Assembly (NCBI GenBank): GCA_013178255.1
Contig: JABLWY010000001.1
Span: 364,503-428,502 of the forward strand
Length of the DNA: 64,000 bases
DNA from: Coprothermobacteraceae bacterium
Lineage (GTDB): Bacteria > Coprothermobacterota > Coprothermobacteria > Coprothermobacterales > Coprothermobacteraceae
Direction of reading: 5' to 3'
Shown: piece after piece, positions 44,967 through 54,958 of the stretch
How positions within the stretch are numbered: the stretch's first letter is position 1
Layout: each line of letters starts with the position of its first letter
Notes under the pieces: generated by a model
What the model was told of the DNA's origin: nothing
Seen by the model: the letters and a program-made list of their open reading frames with translations, nothing else
Databases searched by the model: none
Position numbers and translations under genes: made by a program

Positions 44967-45569
44967 TTGGTTGCTTGCACGCGACCGCTGTGCGAGAACC
45001 AAGTAAACAGCAGGATTGAAGAGTTCTTGACCTTTCCCAGGAATGATTTGGGGCGCCTTTTCTCTGAATTGAGTTTCTGTGTGCTTACAGCCAACTGGCA
45101 AGCCAAAGGCGGCATGAGAGCCCAAGAAGCCATAGGAGACGGATTCCTGACGCTTCCACCCTCAGAGTTGGTAAGGGAACTGAAGAGTGTGGGGCACAGG
45201 TTTGCTGCTCAGAGGGCGAACTTCATATTGCATAACAGACTTTTCGTCGGCATGCTACCGGACATACTTGGACTACCTTTGAGAGACGCCCGTCTTGCTT
45301 TGGTCAAGACCTTCAAGGGTATTGGATGGAAGGAAGCAAGCCACTTCTTGCGTAACGTGGGTTTCTTAGATGTGGCCATATTGGATAAGCATATCCTCAG
45401 GCTTATGGCTAGGTTTGGTTTGACGACGGAGATACCCAAATCTTGGTCACGCCTACGCTACGAAACCACTGAGAACTTGTTAAGGCCCATCGCGAAGAAA
45501 CTCCAGATGCCCTTGGGCGTTTTGGACTTGTATCTATGGTACGCAGTAAAAGGCACTGTTGACAAATAG
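44967..45569 (+). CDS. ogg: N-glycosylase/DNA lyase (Ogg2-type 8-oxoguanine DNA glycosylase)
   Basis: …ELSFCVLTANW…FKGIGWKEASHFLRNVGFLDVAILDKHILR…DLYLWYAVKG… closely parallels Thermotoga-type Ogg. Start assumed at TTG because there is no ATG before the conserved core. Confidence 0.75.
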   Translation: MVACTRPLCENQVNSRIEEFLTFPRNDLGRLFSELSFCVLTANWQAKGGMRAQEAIGDGFLTLPPSELVRELKSVGHRFAAQRANFILHNRLFVGMLPDILGLPLRDARLALVKTFKGIGWKEASHFLRNVGFLDVAILDKHILRLMARFGLTTEIPKSWSRLRYETTENLLRPIAKKLQMPLGVLDLYLWYAVKGTVDK

Positions 45570-45582
45570 CAACGAGGGCTGC

Positions 45583-46071
45583 TTAGAACTCCCTGAAGGT
45601 GTCGCCGCCCACGTGGAACAAGGGCGAAAAGGGCCTTCCTAGGAACCCGTTTCGAACACGGCATACAAACAGGGTGTGGTCGCCTGTGTCCACTTGAGAA
45701 ACCCGTTCTACCTCCAAATAGGCGGGTGCTGAAGCAATGTACGCTGTGCCTGCCGCTGTTTTTCCTTTGGGTACGTTGAAACGGGCAAATTTGTCCACGT
45801 TTCTACCCGAGCAACTCCCTGTATGCATGACAAGTTCTTCCATGCTCGCATCAGCGAAGTTAATTGTTGCCATAGGATGCTCTGCCAAGAGCGCGTGGCT
45901 GTAGCGGCGCGGTGAAATAAGTACGCCAACCAAGAAAGGCCTAAAAGAAAGGGGCGAGTGCCAAGCCAAGGGTATTATGTTCGCTCTTTCGAATGGTCCC
46001 ACTACCATGAGAATTACTTGCCGTGGGTACAGTAAATGGTAATCCGCTCTCTCTACGACAAATCTGTCCAC
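45583..46071 (-). CDS. Flavin reductase-like (FMN-binding split-barrel) protein
   Basis: …NIIPLAWHSPLSF.P.LV…SGRNVDKF…GDHTLFV… GTG start 8 nt after AAGGAGG. The longer ORF to 46161 was rejected. Confidence 0.7.
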   Translation of the reverse strand: MDRFVVERADYHLLYPRQVILMVVGPFERANIIPLAWHSPLSFRPFLVGVLISPRRYSHALLAEHPMATINFADASMEELVMHTGSCSGRNVDKFARFNVPKGKTAAGTAYIASAPAYLEVERVSQVDTGDHTLFVCRVRNGFLGRPFSPLFHVGGDTFREF

Positions 46072-46152
46072 GGTTGGCGCCTCCTTTCCAGGATCGTATA
46101 AGCAGCTGCTTAAATTATAATTAACGCAAAGCCCTACGAAGGAGGTCGGCTC

Positions 46153-48438
46153 ATGCAGCACGAATTTCAGTACTGGGAGAAAATAAAGGACATTACGTTT
46201 GAACTACTCGATATTACTTTGAACTATCGCCAGAGCGGTCACCCTGGTGGCAGCCATTCAAAAGCACACATGTTCATTACGTTGCTCTTTGGTGGCAAGA
46301 TGAGATACGACATACGGAGGCCTGAGTACAGATTCAGTGATAGATTCATACTTTCCGCTGGCCACAACGTACCATTGGTTTACGCCACCATGGCTGTCAT
46401 TGGTGAGGCATTCAGAACAAGGCACAGTAACTCAGGAGAGGAAAAGTACCACATAGACCCCAATAAGATAGTCCTTTACGAGGACCTGCTCAACTTCCGT
46501 AGGCGGGGCGGCCTACCCGGCCACGCCGAATACGGTGGCAAGACCCTATTCCTCAAGTTCAATACAGGGCCTTCTGCTCATGGGCTGCCGGTTTCTGTTG
46601 GCGAGGCCTTAGCTCTCAAGAAGGCTGGTTTGGATGAGTTCCGTGTGTTTGCTATCGAGGGCGAGGGTGCTCTTACCGCTGGTGGCTCTCACGAAGCCAA
46701 GAATGGCGCTTGGGGTTACGGTTTAGGCAACTTAGTTTGGCTAATAGATTGGAACGACTTTGGCATTGACGACAGGCGGACTTCTTGGGTCGTGTTTGGA
46801 GGTCCTGATGAGTGGTTTGCCTCCCACGGCTGGAGGGTCTATGGCACATTAGACGGCCACAACTGGGAAGAAATCTGGAAAGTGTTTGTGGATGCTTTAG
46901 ACCATACCGATGGCATAACCCCCACAGCCATGTTTTTCAAGACAAGGAAGGGATACGAGTATGGTATCTACGACAACAAGTCGCACGGCGTCCCCATCAA
47001 GAAGAATGACCCCCTCTTCTGGCAAATGAGGCAGCGGTTCATGGAAAAATACGGCGTGGAGTACGATGGCTTTGGAAAGCCTGCTCCTTCTGACCCTGAA
47101 GAGGAGAAGAAGCAGTGGCGCAACAACTTAGACATAGCACTTAGCGTGTTGCGCAAAGATACAGAATTGGTGGAATACGTGACGGACAGGTTGGTGGAGA
47201 TAGGCGAAAGTTTGCCAAAAGCAGTTCCCACTTTCAAACTCGGCGCTAATCCTTTCCACGACCCGGACATCTATGACTACACAAAGTATCCGCAGGAGAT
47301 GTGGGCCAAACCAGGCGAAAAAGTGGCGAATCGTGCAGCGCTCATTAAGTGGGGTAGCTACATCAACGCCGTCATAGGCCGTAGGTACGGAAGGCCTTTG
47401 GTCATTGCAACCTCTGCTGACCTCACTGAATCTACAAACCTTCATGGATTCGGCTTGGGATGGGGCGACCAACCCGGTTGGGGATGGTACCACCGTTCAC
47501 TGAATGTGGATGGTGCCATACTTCCCTCCGAAATCACGGAGTTCTTGAACTCAGGAGTAGCAGCAGGCATGGCGGTCACCAACCTGGCGGAGGATCCGTA
47601 TACCGACTTTGACGGCTTCTGGGTGATAATGTCCACTTATGGATCCTTTGCTTATCTAAAGTATGGTGCTATGCGCTTGCTCAGCCAAGTAGCTCAAGAC
47701 TGCCCGCTCAAGATAGGTAAGGTTATTTGGGTGTTGGGTCACTCGGGACCCGAGACTGCTGAAGACTCCCGCACGCACTTTGGTGTGTTCTCGCCAGGTG
47801 TGTCCCAGTTGTTCCCTAACGGACACATAATAAACCTGCATCCGTGGGAGTATAACGAAGTACCTGTAGCCTTGGCTGCAGCCTTGAAGACGGAGCTGCC
47901 CATCGTGGCGCTTCACTTGACGAGGCCACCCATAGCAGTACCTGACAGAGAATCCTTGGGTATAGCTCACTACTTTGAGGCGGCCAAGGGTGCATACCTG
48001 ATTAACGACTTTGATCCTTCAAGGCCCAAACAAGGTACCATCATTGTCAGGGGAACTAGCAGTACAGCAAACTTAGTAAGCATTCTTCCAGAGATCCGTA
48101 AGCACTTCAACGTGAAGATCATTGCAGCTATAAGCTACGAGTTGTTCCAGAGGCAGCCTGAGCATTATCGGATGCGCATACTTCCTGTTACGGACTGGGC
48201 AGACTCAATGGTCATAACAAACGAGGCTTTGTCTTTGATGAGACCTTGGCTGTTCTCGAAGATCAACGAGGAATACTCTATGTCAAGTGATTGGGATAAT
48301 CGTTGGCGGACAGGTGGTTCTGTGGAGGAAGTAATAGAAGAAGCGCACCTCGATCCTGACTCCATAATGCAAGGCATCGAGCGCTTTGTCAAGGAAAGGG
48401 ACAAGCGGCTCGGGAAGTTGAAGGAACTTGGTAGGTGA
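46153..48438 (+). CDS. Transketolase-family thiamine-diphosphate enzyme, unusually long (761 aa)
   Basis: N-terminal TPP motifs SGHPGGSHS, DRFILSAGH, GPSAHGLPVSVGEA, EGEGALTAGGSHEA…LIDWNDFGIDD. It is about 100 aa longer than canonical transketolases. Confidence 0.65.
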   Translation: MQHEFQYWEKIKDITFELLDITLNYRQSGHPGGSHSKAHMFITLLFGGKMRYDIRRPEYRFSDRFILSAGHNVPLVYATMAVIGEAFRTRHSNSGEEKYHIDPNKIVLYEDLLNFRRRGGLPGHAEYGGKTLFLKFNTGPSAHGLPVSVGEALALKKAGLDEFRVFAIEGEGALTAGGSHEAKNGAWGYGLGNLVWLIDWNDFGIDDRRTSWVVFGGPDEWFASHGWRVYGTLDGHNWEEIWKVFVDALDHTDGITPTAMFFKTRKGYEYGIYDNKSHGVPIKKNDPLFWQMRQRFMEKYGVEYDGFGKPAPSDPEEEKKQWRNNLDIALSVLRKDTELVEYVTDRLVEIGESLPKAVPTFKLGANPFHDPDIYDYTKYPQEMWAKPGEKVANRAALIKWGSYINAVIGRRYGRPLVIATSADLTESTNLHGFGLGWGDQPGWGWYHRSLNVDGAILPSEITEFLNSGVAAGMAVTNLAEDPYTDFDGFWVIMSTYGSFAYLKYGAMRLLSQVAQDCPLKIGKVIWVLGHSGPETAEDSRTHFGVFSPGVSQLFPNGHIINLHPWEYNEVPVALAAALKTELPIVALHLTRPPIAVPDRESLGIAHYFEAAKGAYLINDFDPSRPKQGTIIVRGTSSTANLVSILPEIRKHFNVKIIAAISYELFQRQPEHYRMRILPVTDWADSMVITNEALSLMRPWLFSKINEEYSMSSDWDNRWRTGGSVEEVIEEAHLDPDSIMQGIERFVKERDKRLGKLKELGR

Positions 48439-49028
48439 TGCTCGTGAGGTTCGAGCGCACTGATGCGCTTATCGTTGTAGATGTGCAAAACGACTTCTGC
48501 CCTGGGGGCGCTCTAGCGGTCCCCCAGGGTGATGAGATCATACCTGTAGTTAACCGTTTGATAAAGAAAGCAGAGGAAGCAGATGCCATCATAGTGTACA
48601 CGCGGGATTGGCATCCGAAGAACCACCTCTCCTTTGCTGATTTTGGTGGCATATGGCCGGTACACTGCGTGCAGGGAACGCCTGGTGCCGACTTCCACCC
48701 TGACCTGTATGTATCGCCTCAAGGAGCCATCGTCAATAAGGCCACTGATACAGAATTCGAGGCATACAGCGGCTTTCAGACAGTAGAATTGCACCGCATA
48801 CTCAAGAACAGGGGTGTAAAACGAGTGTTCATTGTTGGGTTGGCAACGGACTACTGCGTCAAGGAGACGGCCTTGGACGCCATCCGTTTGGGTTACGAGA
48901 CATATGTGATAGAGGATGCGGTCAGGGGGGTTAATGTCAATCCTGATGATTCTGCGCGTGCTTTGGAGGAGATTAGGTCAAAGGGCGGACAAGTAGTCAG
49001 CTCTCAGGTGTTCGATGAAGTTCGTTGA
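48435..49028 (+). CDS. pncA: Nicotinamidase/pyrazinamidase (isochorismatase family)
   Basis: ALIVVDVQNDFCPGGALAV; catalytic Cys in VGLATDYCVKET. ATGA overlap with the transketolase-like gene. Confidence 0.8.
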   Translation: MMLVRFERTDALIVVDVQNDFCPGGALAVPQGDEIIPVVNRLIKKAEEADAIIVYTRDWHPKNHLSFADFGGIWPVHCVQGTPGADFHPDLYVSPQGAIVNKATDTEFEAYSGFQTVELHRILKNRGVKRVFIVGLATDYCVKETALDAIRLGYETYVIEDAVRGVNVNPDDSARALEEIRSKGGQVVSSQVFDEVR

Positions 49029-49776
49029 GAGCCCGAAGAATCCGAGAATCAAAGACCTACGCAAGCTACTCGAAAGCAAGAAGGAAAGGGATAGAACAGG
49101 TCTTTTCGTCCTGGAAGGGCTTAAGCCCATAGAGGCCTTCGCTGAGTGTGGTGGCGAAATAGTTGAAGTGTACTTCAGCAAGCGCGCCAAGGGGCTCCCC
49201 AAAGTACAAGGTGAATTCATAGAGTGTTCGCCTAGCGTTTTGGAGTCCATAAGCGATGTGGCCGCTGACCAACAGGTGTGCGCATCAGCTCGGCAAAGAG
49301 CTTGGACAGCAGAGCAGGTGCTTGGCAAACAAAGGATCGTGGTTGTCGAGGATCTACAAGACCCTGGGAACTTGGGGACTCTCCTGAGGACGGCTGCTGC
49401 ATTTGGGTATGGGCTCTTCCTAACACGTGGAAGCGTGGATCTGTACAATCCGAAAGTCATAAGATCCGTAGCAGGAAACCTTGCTGTTCCTGTGGCCTAC
49501 TTACCCGTGGAAGTATTGGTCAAGCTCAATGAAGACAGATTTGTAGTCACTACTTATAAATCGTCGCAATCACCTTCCTTCGACTGGAGGCTCCCGTTGA
49601 CCATCGTCTTGGGCAACGAGGGCCGTGGGCTTCGATCAGATTGGCGCAGGTTATCTAAGGCGAATGTTTGGTTACCCGCGCACATCGAATCCCTCAATGT
49701 GGCAGTCACAGGTGCTATATTGATGTGGGAGGGGTTGAAAGTTGGACCTAAAGCAGATCGTGGAGGCTCTCGCTGA
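49015..49776 (+). CDS. SpoU/TrmH-family RNA 2'-O-methyltransferase
   Basis: …VVEDLQDPGNLGTLLRTAAAFG…VLGNEGRGL…. Confidence 0.8.
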   Translation: MKFVESPKNPRIKDLRKLLESKKERDRTGLFVLEGLKPIEAFAECGGEIVEVYFSKRAKGLPKVQGEFIECSPSVLESISDVAADQQVCASARQRAWTAEQVLGKQRIVVVEDLQDPGNLGTLLRTAAAFGYGLFLTRGSVDLYNPKVIRSVAGNLAVPVAYLPVEVLVKLNEDRFVVTTYKSSQSPSFDWRLPLTIVLGNEGRGLRSDWRRLSKANVWLPAHIESLNVAVTGAILMWEGLKVGPKADRGGSR

Positions 49777-50362
49777 CAAGCACAAAGATGCTCTGCGATT
49801 TGATCTCAATTTTGAGAATGCGTATCAACTCCTGATTGCTGCTATGTTAGCTGCCCAGGCAAGCGATGAGTCGGTTAATCAAGTGACACCGTCTTTCTTC
49901 TCGAGGTTCCCCAACCCAAGGGAAGTAGTAGCTGCTTCCATAGAGGATCTAGAAAAAGCCATATACCCCGTGAATTTCTACAAGACCAAAGCGAAGAGGG
50001 TCAGAGAAGCTTGCCAAGTGTTGGTAGACCGGTTCAACGGTGAAGTGCCCGATGATGTGGAAGCCCTGTCGCAGCTGCCGGGCGTAGGCAAAAAGACAGC
50101 GAACATGGTACTCCTGGGTGCTTACGGAAAGCCAGCCGTCGTGGTAGACCGCCACGTGCTGAGGGTCTTAGATAGACTTGGGTTCCATTTCAAAGATGCC
50201 GACCAGGCTGAACAGGAATTGAAATCCATGCTGCCAGAGAGTCATTGGGGACTATTGTCCTACGCGTTGATGAGGCATGGTAAGCGCTTGTGCTTGGCTA
50301 GGAAGCCGAACTGTTTAGAGTGCCCCGTCAAGGGGATATGCCCGTCGCGGGAGGAGGCTTAG
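49742..50362 (+). CDS. nth: Endonuclease III
   Basis: HhH-GPD (…LPGVGKKTANMVL…), C-terminal 4Fe-4S cluster motif (CLARKPNCLECPVKGICPS). Confidence 0.9.
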   Translation: MDLKQIVEALADKHKDALRFDLNFENAYQLLIAAMLAAQASDESVNQVTPSFFSRFPNPREVVAASIEDLEKAIYPVNFYKTKAKRVREACQVLVDRFNGEVPDDVEALSQLPGVGKKTANMVLLGAYGKPAVVVDRHVLRVLDRLGFHFKDADQAEQELKSMLPESHWGLLSYALMRHGKRLCLARKPNCLECPVKGICPSREEA

Positions 50363-50364
50363 AA

Positions 50365-50850
50365 GTGCCACTGATTGATTGGCTTACCATTGGATTGGCC
50401 GTCTATTTCTTTGTTTCGGGTTTCATAAGCGGAGCTTCTGCTTTAAGCACAGCCTTGGCTCTGGCAGTCACATTGCTTGCCAAGTCATTTGTGTCAGTCA
50501 CTTTGGCAAACATGGTGGAGGGCGTGCTGGCACGCTACACTACCATAACTCCTGACCAGAAGTTGGTGGGCATTCTTCTAGCCTATTTGCTCTTCTTTCT
50601 CGCAGTGCGAATAGTAATCCACCTGTTTCTGCGCATCGTACTGCCCGGCTCAGGCATCGGCCGATTGTTGTATGCTTTCGGTTCCCTTGTCATTAACGGC
50701 TACGCCTACTTCTACTTGGTCAGCTACGTGATGTCCACAAGCCCCATTCAGCTAGATACCTATCTTTCAGGCTCCATTACATTGCAGATACTGCGCTATC
50801 TTGAGCCCGTTTTGATACCCCTCAGTGCAGCAATCCTGAAGCAGGCATAG
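50365..50850 (+). CDS. CvpA-family membrane protein
   Basis: Four TM helices in the CvpA (colicin V production) pattern. GTG start after GAGGAGG. Confidence 0.55.
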   Translation: MPLIDWLTIGLAVYFFVSGFISGASALSTALALAVTLLAKSFVSVTLANMVEGVLARYTTITPDQKLVGILLAYLLFFLAVRIVIHLFLRIVLPGSGIGRLLYAFGSLVINGYAYFYLVSYVMSTSPIQLDTYLSGSITLQILRYLEPVLIPLSAAILKQA

Positions 50851-50924
50851 ACGAAGTGCCTTTGGTTCCGTCTATTTGAAACTAGCGGGCTAGGATGAGC
50901 GTCTTATTTGTGGAGGTGGGATGG

Positions 50925-51644
50925 ATGAAGAAGTTGTACAGTTTGGCAGCTCTGGTACTCATTATGGCGATCGCGTTAGCTGTTTGGCTGGTTCCAACGA
51001 GAGCGGAGGATACGGCAAGTTCAGTGGCAACGGTGTCGGTGACTGGTGTAGCCAAAAGGACAGTGGTACCTGATACTGCACAGATATCCTTTACTGTGGA
51101 CGCTTTGATGAAGACAGCTGCGGAAGCCATGGCTGAAGTGAGCCAAAAGGCCAACGCTATAGTGACTGCGCTGAAACCCATTGTAGGAGAAGACAACATC
51201 CAGACGGCCAATGTGAGCGTATATGCCGAGTACGAATGGAACAAAGAAGGTACGCGCAATTTTCTCGGCTACAGGGCCGCGGTAATCATTAATGTCAAAT
51301 CACCTGTTGCCAAGGCTGGGCAGGTTGTAGACAAGGCTTTCTCTGCAGGTGCTACGGGTATGAATGGTATTTCCTACAGCTACTCCAAAGCGAGCACATT
51401 GTCTGAGGAGTTAATCAAGGAAGCCATGCTCAATGCAAGGAGAAAAGCTGAAGCTGCGCTGTCAGTAGAAGGGGCTACTCCTGGCAAGCTTATCAAGGTC
51501 GAGATTTCTGATTCCACACCCGGTGGAGTAGTGCCTGTATACAAAGAGGCAGCAGGGCTTGGTGCTGGGGACGCCATTCAGGTTCAACCTGGAACTCAAG
51601 AACTGACATGCACTGTGTACGTGCAGTACACTATTAACCAGTAG
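50925..51644 (+). CDS. SIMPL-domain (DUF541, YggE-like) secreted protein
   Basis: Signal peptide plus …VSVTGVAKRTVVPDTAQISFTVDA… and a repeated SIMPL core. Confidence 0.75.
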   Translation: MKKLYSLAALVLIMAIALAVWLVPTRAEDTASSVATVSVTGVAKRTVVPDTAQISFTVDALMKTAAEAMAEVSQKANAIVTALKPIVGEDNIQTANVSVYAEYEWNKEGTRNFLGYRAAVIINVKSPVAKAGQVVDKAFSAGATGMNGISYSYSKASTLSEELIKEAMLNARRKAEAALSVEGATPGKLIKVEISDSTPGGVVPVYKEAAGLGAGDAIQVQPGTQELTCTVYVQYTINQ

Positions 51645-51663
51645 AGCCAACGGATGTATAGCT

Positions 51664-51695
51664 AGGGGGCGCTCAGGGGCGCCCCCTTATGTTTT
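51664..51695 (+). terminator. Intrinsic terminator after the SIMPL gene
   Basis: AGGGGGCGC-loop-GCGCCCCCU followed by UAUGUUUUAG. Confidence 0.7.
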
Positions 51696-51706
51696 AGAAT
51701 GACACT

Positions 51707-52402
51707 GTGGATTATTTCGGAGAACTCTACTACCGCGCCTTTGGTTCGAAACTGGAATCGCGAGCCGAGGCAGAAGCACGCAAAGTGGTCGAGTTATTGA
51801 ACCCACGAAGCTTACTCGACGTCGGGTGCGGGTGGGGAAGGCATCTGCGTTACTTCCTTTCCTGGGGAATCGACGCTTACGGAGTAGAACCTGAGCCGTA
51901 CTTCGTAAGTACTTTCAAGGCGGCTTACCCTCAGTGGGCAGAACGTATTATTCTTGGGCGTATTCAGGAAGTGAAACCTTTTCGCACCTTTGACACTGTA
52001 GTGTCTTTGTGGACGAGCATCGGGTGGGATGACGAAGAAGACGCCATATTCGCGCGCATCAGCGAGTTTGTCGATAAGGACGGTTACGTGTTGGTGGAAA
52101 CAGACAACTTGGACGGGTGGCGTACCCACTTCTGCAGGCGTTGGTGGGAGAAAGTCGACAACGGTTTCGTTCTCGATCAGCACAAACTCAAAGGCTCAAG
52201 GCTTCATAGCAGGCGAGAGTTTATACTCGGTGGTGAGCACCGAGTTATAGAGAGGCAGCTTAAGCTTTTCTCTCTAGAAGACATTATCAGGTTGGCAACT
52301 CCACACGGCTTAGAATTGCGCAAGGCCTTCAGTAGCCTTGACGGTCAGCCCTTTTACCAAAACGCACCACGGCTGTGCGCGGTGTTTCAGAAGGTCACCT
52401 GA
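51707..52402 (+). CDS. Class I SAM-dependent methyltransferase
   Basis: Motif I LLDVGCGWGRHL. Confidence 0.7.
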   Translation: MDYFGELYYRAFGSKLESRAEAEARKVVELLNPRSLLDVGCGWGRHLRYFLSWGIDAYGVEPEPYFVSTFKAAYPQWAERIILGRIQEVKPFRTFDTVVSLWTSIGWDDEEDAIFARISEFVDKDGYVLVETDNLDGWRTHFCRRWWEKVDNGFVLDQHKLKGSRLHSRREFILGGEHRVIERQLKLFSLEDIIRLATPHGLELRKAFSSLDGQPFYQNAPRLCAVFQKVT

Positions 52403-53114
52403 GGCTTACCTCACCCCAACGTAGCTGCATTTCACCTTGAGGCGTATCCAGTAGCAGCGTGCCGTCCGCCAGTATGTCCGCTGCAGTACCTTCTATCCTC
52501 TCGCCTTCGCTAACCACCATTACTGTTTTTCCCAAGTACGGAAAACGCGCCTTGAATGTGCTGACCATGTCAGGCAGTCTTATTTCGCCCCCTAGCAGGT
52601 TCTTGAACCTGTAGATTATGTACATGAGAGGTTGTTCTAAAGGTATCTCCATACCCAATTCCAGTTTCAGCGAAGTGGCTTTCACTTCGGGCGGGAATGC
52701 TTCTTGGTTTACGTTTAACCCTATACCCACCACCACACCTATCAGGTTATCGCTCCATATGGCTTCAGGTAAGATGCCTGCGATCTTCTTGCCCTTAACC
52801 AATACGTCGTTTGGCCATTTTGCCTCCCATGCCAAAGACAGCGAAGACAAGTACTCGCCTACAATGACAGCTGCCGCCATGCCAAGCAGCGGGAGCTCGG
52901 ACGTGGGCGGATTTGGCATAGCTATGCTCATGAGCAGGTTCTTACCCGGTTCGTCCTTCCACTCTCTTCCCAGCCTGCCGCGCCCCGCCGTTTGGTGTTG
53001 TGCAACAAACACTGCAGGATCTACATGTCCTTCTAATAGGTAGCGCCTGGCTTCTTCGTTAGTGGAGGGTATGACATCGAATTCATAGATTTTCATGAGC
53101 TCACCCCCTGCCAC
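52395..53114 (-). CDS. birA: Biotin-[acetyl-CoA-carboxylase] ligase (group I BirA, no HTH domain)
   Basis: …GRGRLGREWKDEPGKNLLMSI… 239 aa. 8 nt convergent overlap with the methyltransferase gene. Confidence 0.8.
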   Translation of the reverse strand: MAGGELMKIYEFDVIPSTNEEARRYLLEGHVDPAVFVAQHQTAGRGRLGREWKDEPGKNLLMSIAMPNPPTSELPLLGMAAAVIVGEYLSSLSLAWEAKWPNDVLVKGKKIAGILPEAIWSDNLIGVVVGIGLNVNQEAFPPEVKATSLKLELGMEIPLEQPLMYIIYRFKNLLGGEIRLPDMVSTFKARFPYLGKTVMVVSEGERIEGTAADILADGTLLLDTPQGEMQLRWGEVSLR

Positions 53115-53155
53115 TAATTATAGTGTTAGACTGAAACTGGAGGTGAAACAATCCC

Positions 53156-54925
53156 ATGATGGAGTGGTCTTTGGAAGAACTTTACGCAAACTTTGACTCT
53201 CCTGAGTATCAGCAGGACTTGCAAGCGTTGGAAGAGAAGATTCATGCATTCCGGGTTTGGGCTGAGGAAGCACTAAAAGGCTACGAACGCGTTCGCGAAA
53301 CCATGGAGGAGGGCATTAGGCGCACTATTGAGATTACTGAGCTGCATGAGAAATTGGGTGCCTTCGCGTACCTGACCATGAACGTTGAGGCGGACAACGA
53401 GCAGGCGCCCAAGTTTGCAGACCGCATCCGCAACATCGTGGCAAGCTTGTCTGCCCCTGAAACCCGATTCAAGAAGTGGCTTGCTGGGGTACCCAACCTT
53501 GAGCAGGTGATCGAAGGTTCGGAACTACTCAAGGAACACGAGTACGTCATCAAAGACGCGGTCAGATATGCCAAGAGATTGCTCAGTGAAGCAGAGGAAG
53601 ACCTCATCAGCAGGTTGCAGACCACGGGGGGTTACGCGTGGTCTAGGCTGCATGGCAACCTGACAGCCCGCCTGCTTGTAGATATAACTGTAGATGGTGA
53701 GCAGAAGAGGCTACCCCTAACAGTGGTGCGGAACATGGCCTTCCACGAAGACGCACGTGTTCGCCGGACTGGTTACGAAGCCGAGCTTAAAGCATACGAG
53801 AAAGTGGATGAAGCTGTGGCATCCAGCCTAAACAGCATTAAAGGGGAATACTTGACCATCTGCAGGAAGAGGGGGTACAGTGACCCCTTAGAAGCTACTT
53901 TGGAACTAATGAAGTTGGACAAGGACGTCTTTGACACCCTGCTAGAGGTAATGCAGGAGAGTTTGCCTGTTTTCCGTAGGTACTTGCGAGCAAAAGCTAG
54001 AATGCTAGGTCACTCCAACGGGCTTCCTTGGTACGACTTGTTTGCACCTGTGGGGCGCAGCAGGCGTCAATTCGACCTAGCGAATGCAAGGGACTACATT
54101 GTGCAGAACTTCGCCAAGTTCTACCCCGAACTAGCCAACCTCGCTGCGCGGGCTTTCGACGAAAAGTGGATAGATGCTACTCCTAGGGAAGGTAAGCGTG
54201 GCGGTGCCTTCTGCTATGGTTTGCATACGATCAAACAGTCGCGCATAATGTCCAACTTCGATGGCAGCTTTAACGGCGTTTCCACACTAGCCCACGAGCT
54301 AGGGCACGCGTTCCACAACTACTGCCAGCGTAATGAGAGCATACTAAACGCGGACTCCCCCATGCCACTAGCCGAAACTGCTTCCACGTTCAATGAGACC
54401 TTAATCACCGAGATTGCATTGTCCGAGGCCGACAGGGACGAACAGCTTTTCATCTTAGAGAAGAGCTTACAGGGTGACACTCAGGTGGTTGTGGACATAT
54501 ACAGCAGGTTCTTGTTTGAATCCGAGGTGTTCAAGAGACGCAAGGATGGACCCTTGTCTGTGGCAGAACTCAAAGAAATCATGACTGAGGCTCAGCAGCA
54601 AGCGTACGGGGAAGGATTAGACCCACAGTTCCTTCACCCGTACATGTGGATATGCAAGCCTCACTATTACTCGCCCGGGCTTCACTTCTACAACTTCCCA
54701 TACGCCTTTGGTCAGCTATTCAGTAAGGCTCTATACGCCATGTACAAGGAGGAAGGGGAGAAGTTCATACCTAAGTACACCAACTTGCTGGCAAGCACGG
54801 GCAAGCACGACATCAGGGAGCTTGGGTCCCTAGTGGGCATTGACTTGGCGGACAAGGGCTTCTGGCGCATGTCCATAGCCTTTGTGGAGGAACAAGTACG
54901 TCAGTTTGAATCCCTTGCAGAGTAG
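53156..54925 (+). CDS. pepF: Oligoendopeptidase F (M3B family)
   Basis: HELGHAFH zinc motif and downstream E ligand. 589 aa. Confidence 0.9.
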   Translation: MMEWSLEELYANFDSPEYQQDLQALEEKIHAFRVWAEEALKGYERVRETMEEGIRRTIEITELHEKLGAFAYLTMNVEADNEQAPKFADRIRNIVASLSAPETRFKKWLAGVPNLEQVIEGSELLKEHEYVIKDAVRYAKRLLSEAEEDLISRLQTTGGYAWSRLHGNLTARLLVDITVDGEQKRLPLTVVRNMAFHEDARVRRTGYEAELKAYEKVDEAVASSLNSIKGEYLTICRKRGYSDPLEATLELMKLDKDVFDTLLEVMQESLPVFRRYLRAKARMLGHSNGLPWYDLFAPVGRSRRQFDLANARDYIVQNFAKFYPELANLAARAFDEKWIDATPREGKRGGAFCYGLHTIKQSRIMSNFDGSFNGVSTLAHELGHAFHNYCQRNESILNADSPMPLAETASTFNETLITEIALSEADRDEQLFILEKSLQGDTQVVVDIYSRFLFESEVFKRRKDGPLSVAELKEIMTEAQQQAYGEGLDPQFLHPYMWICKPHYYSPGLHFYNFPYAFGQLFSKALYAMYKEEGEKFIPKYTNLLASTGKHDIRELGSLVGIDLADKGFWRMSIAFVEEQVRQFESLAE

Positions 54926-54931
54926 CGGTCA

Positions 54932-54956
54932 GGGGGCCGTACATCGGCCCCCTTTT
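54932..54956 (+). terminator. Intrinsic terminator after pepF
   Basis: GGGGGCCG-UACAU-CGGCCCCC followed by UUUUGUU. Confidence 0.8.
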
Positions 54957-54958
54957 GT

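Noticed and set aside
45583-46161. Long form of the flavin-reductase ORF reaching 46161 and overlapping the transketolase-like start codon
   Set aside because: A GTG 8 nt downstream of AAGGAGG at 46071 gives the family-typical length, whereas the long form would place two start codons back to back on opposite strands.
50850-50890. Possible terminator after cvpA (TAGACG…CGTCTA)
   Set aside because: The stem is only 5-6 bp with a 15 nt loop and a weak U-tract, so I did not call it a terminator.
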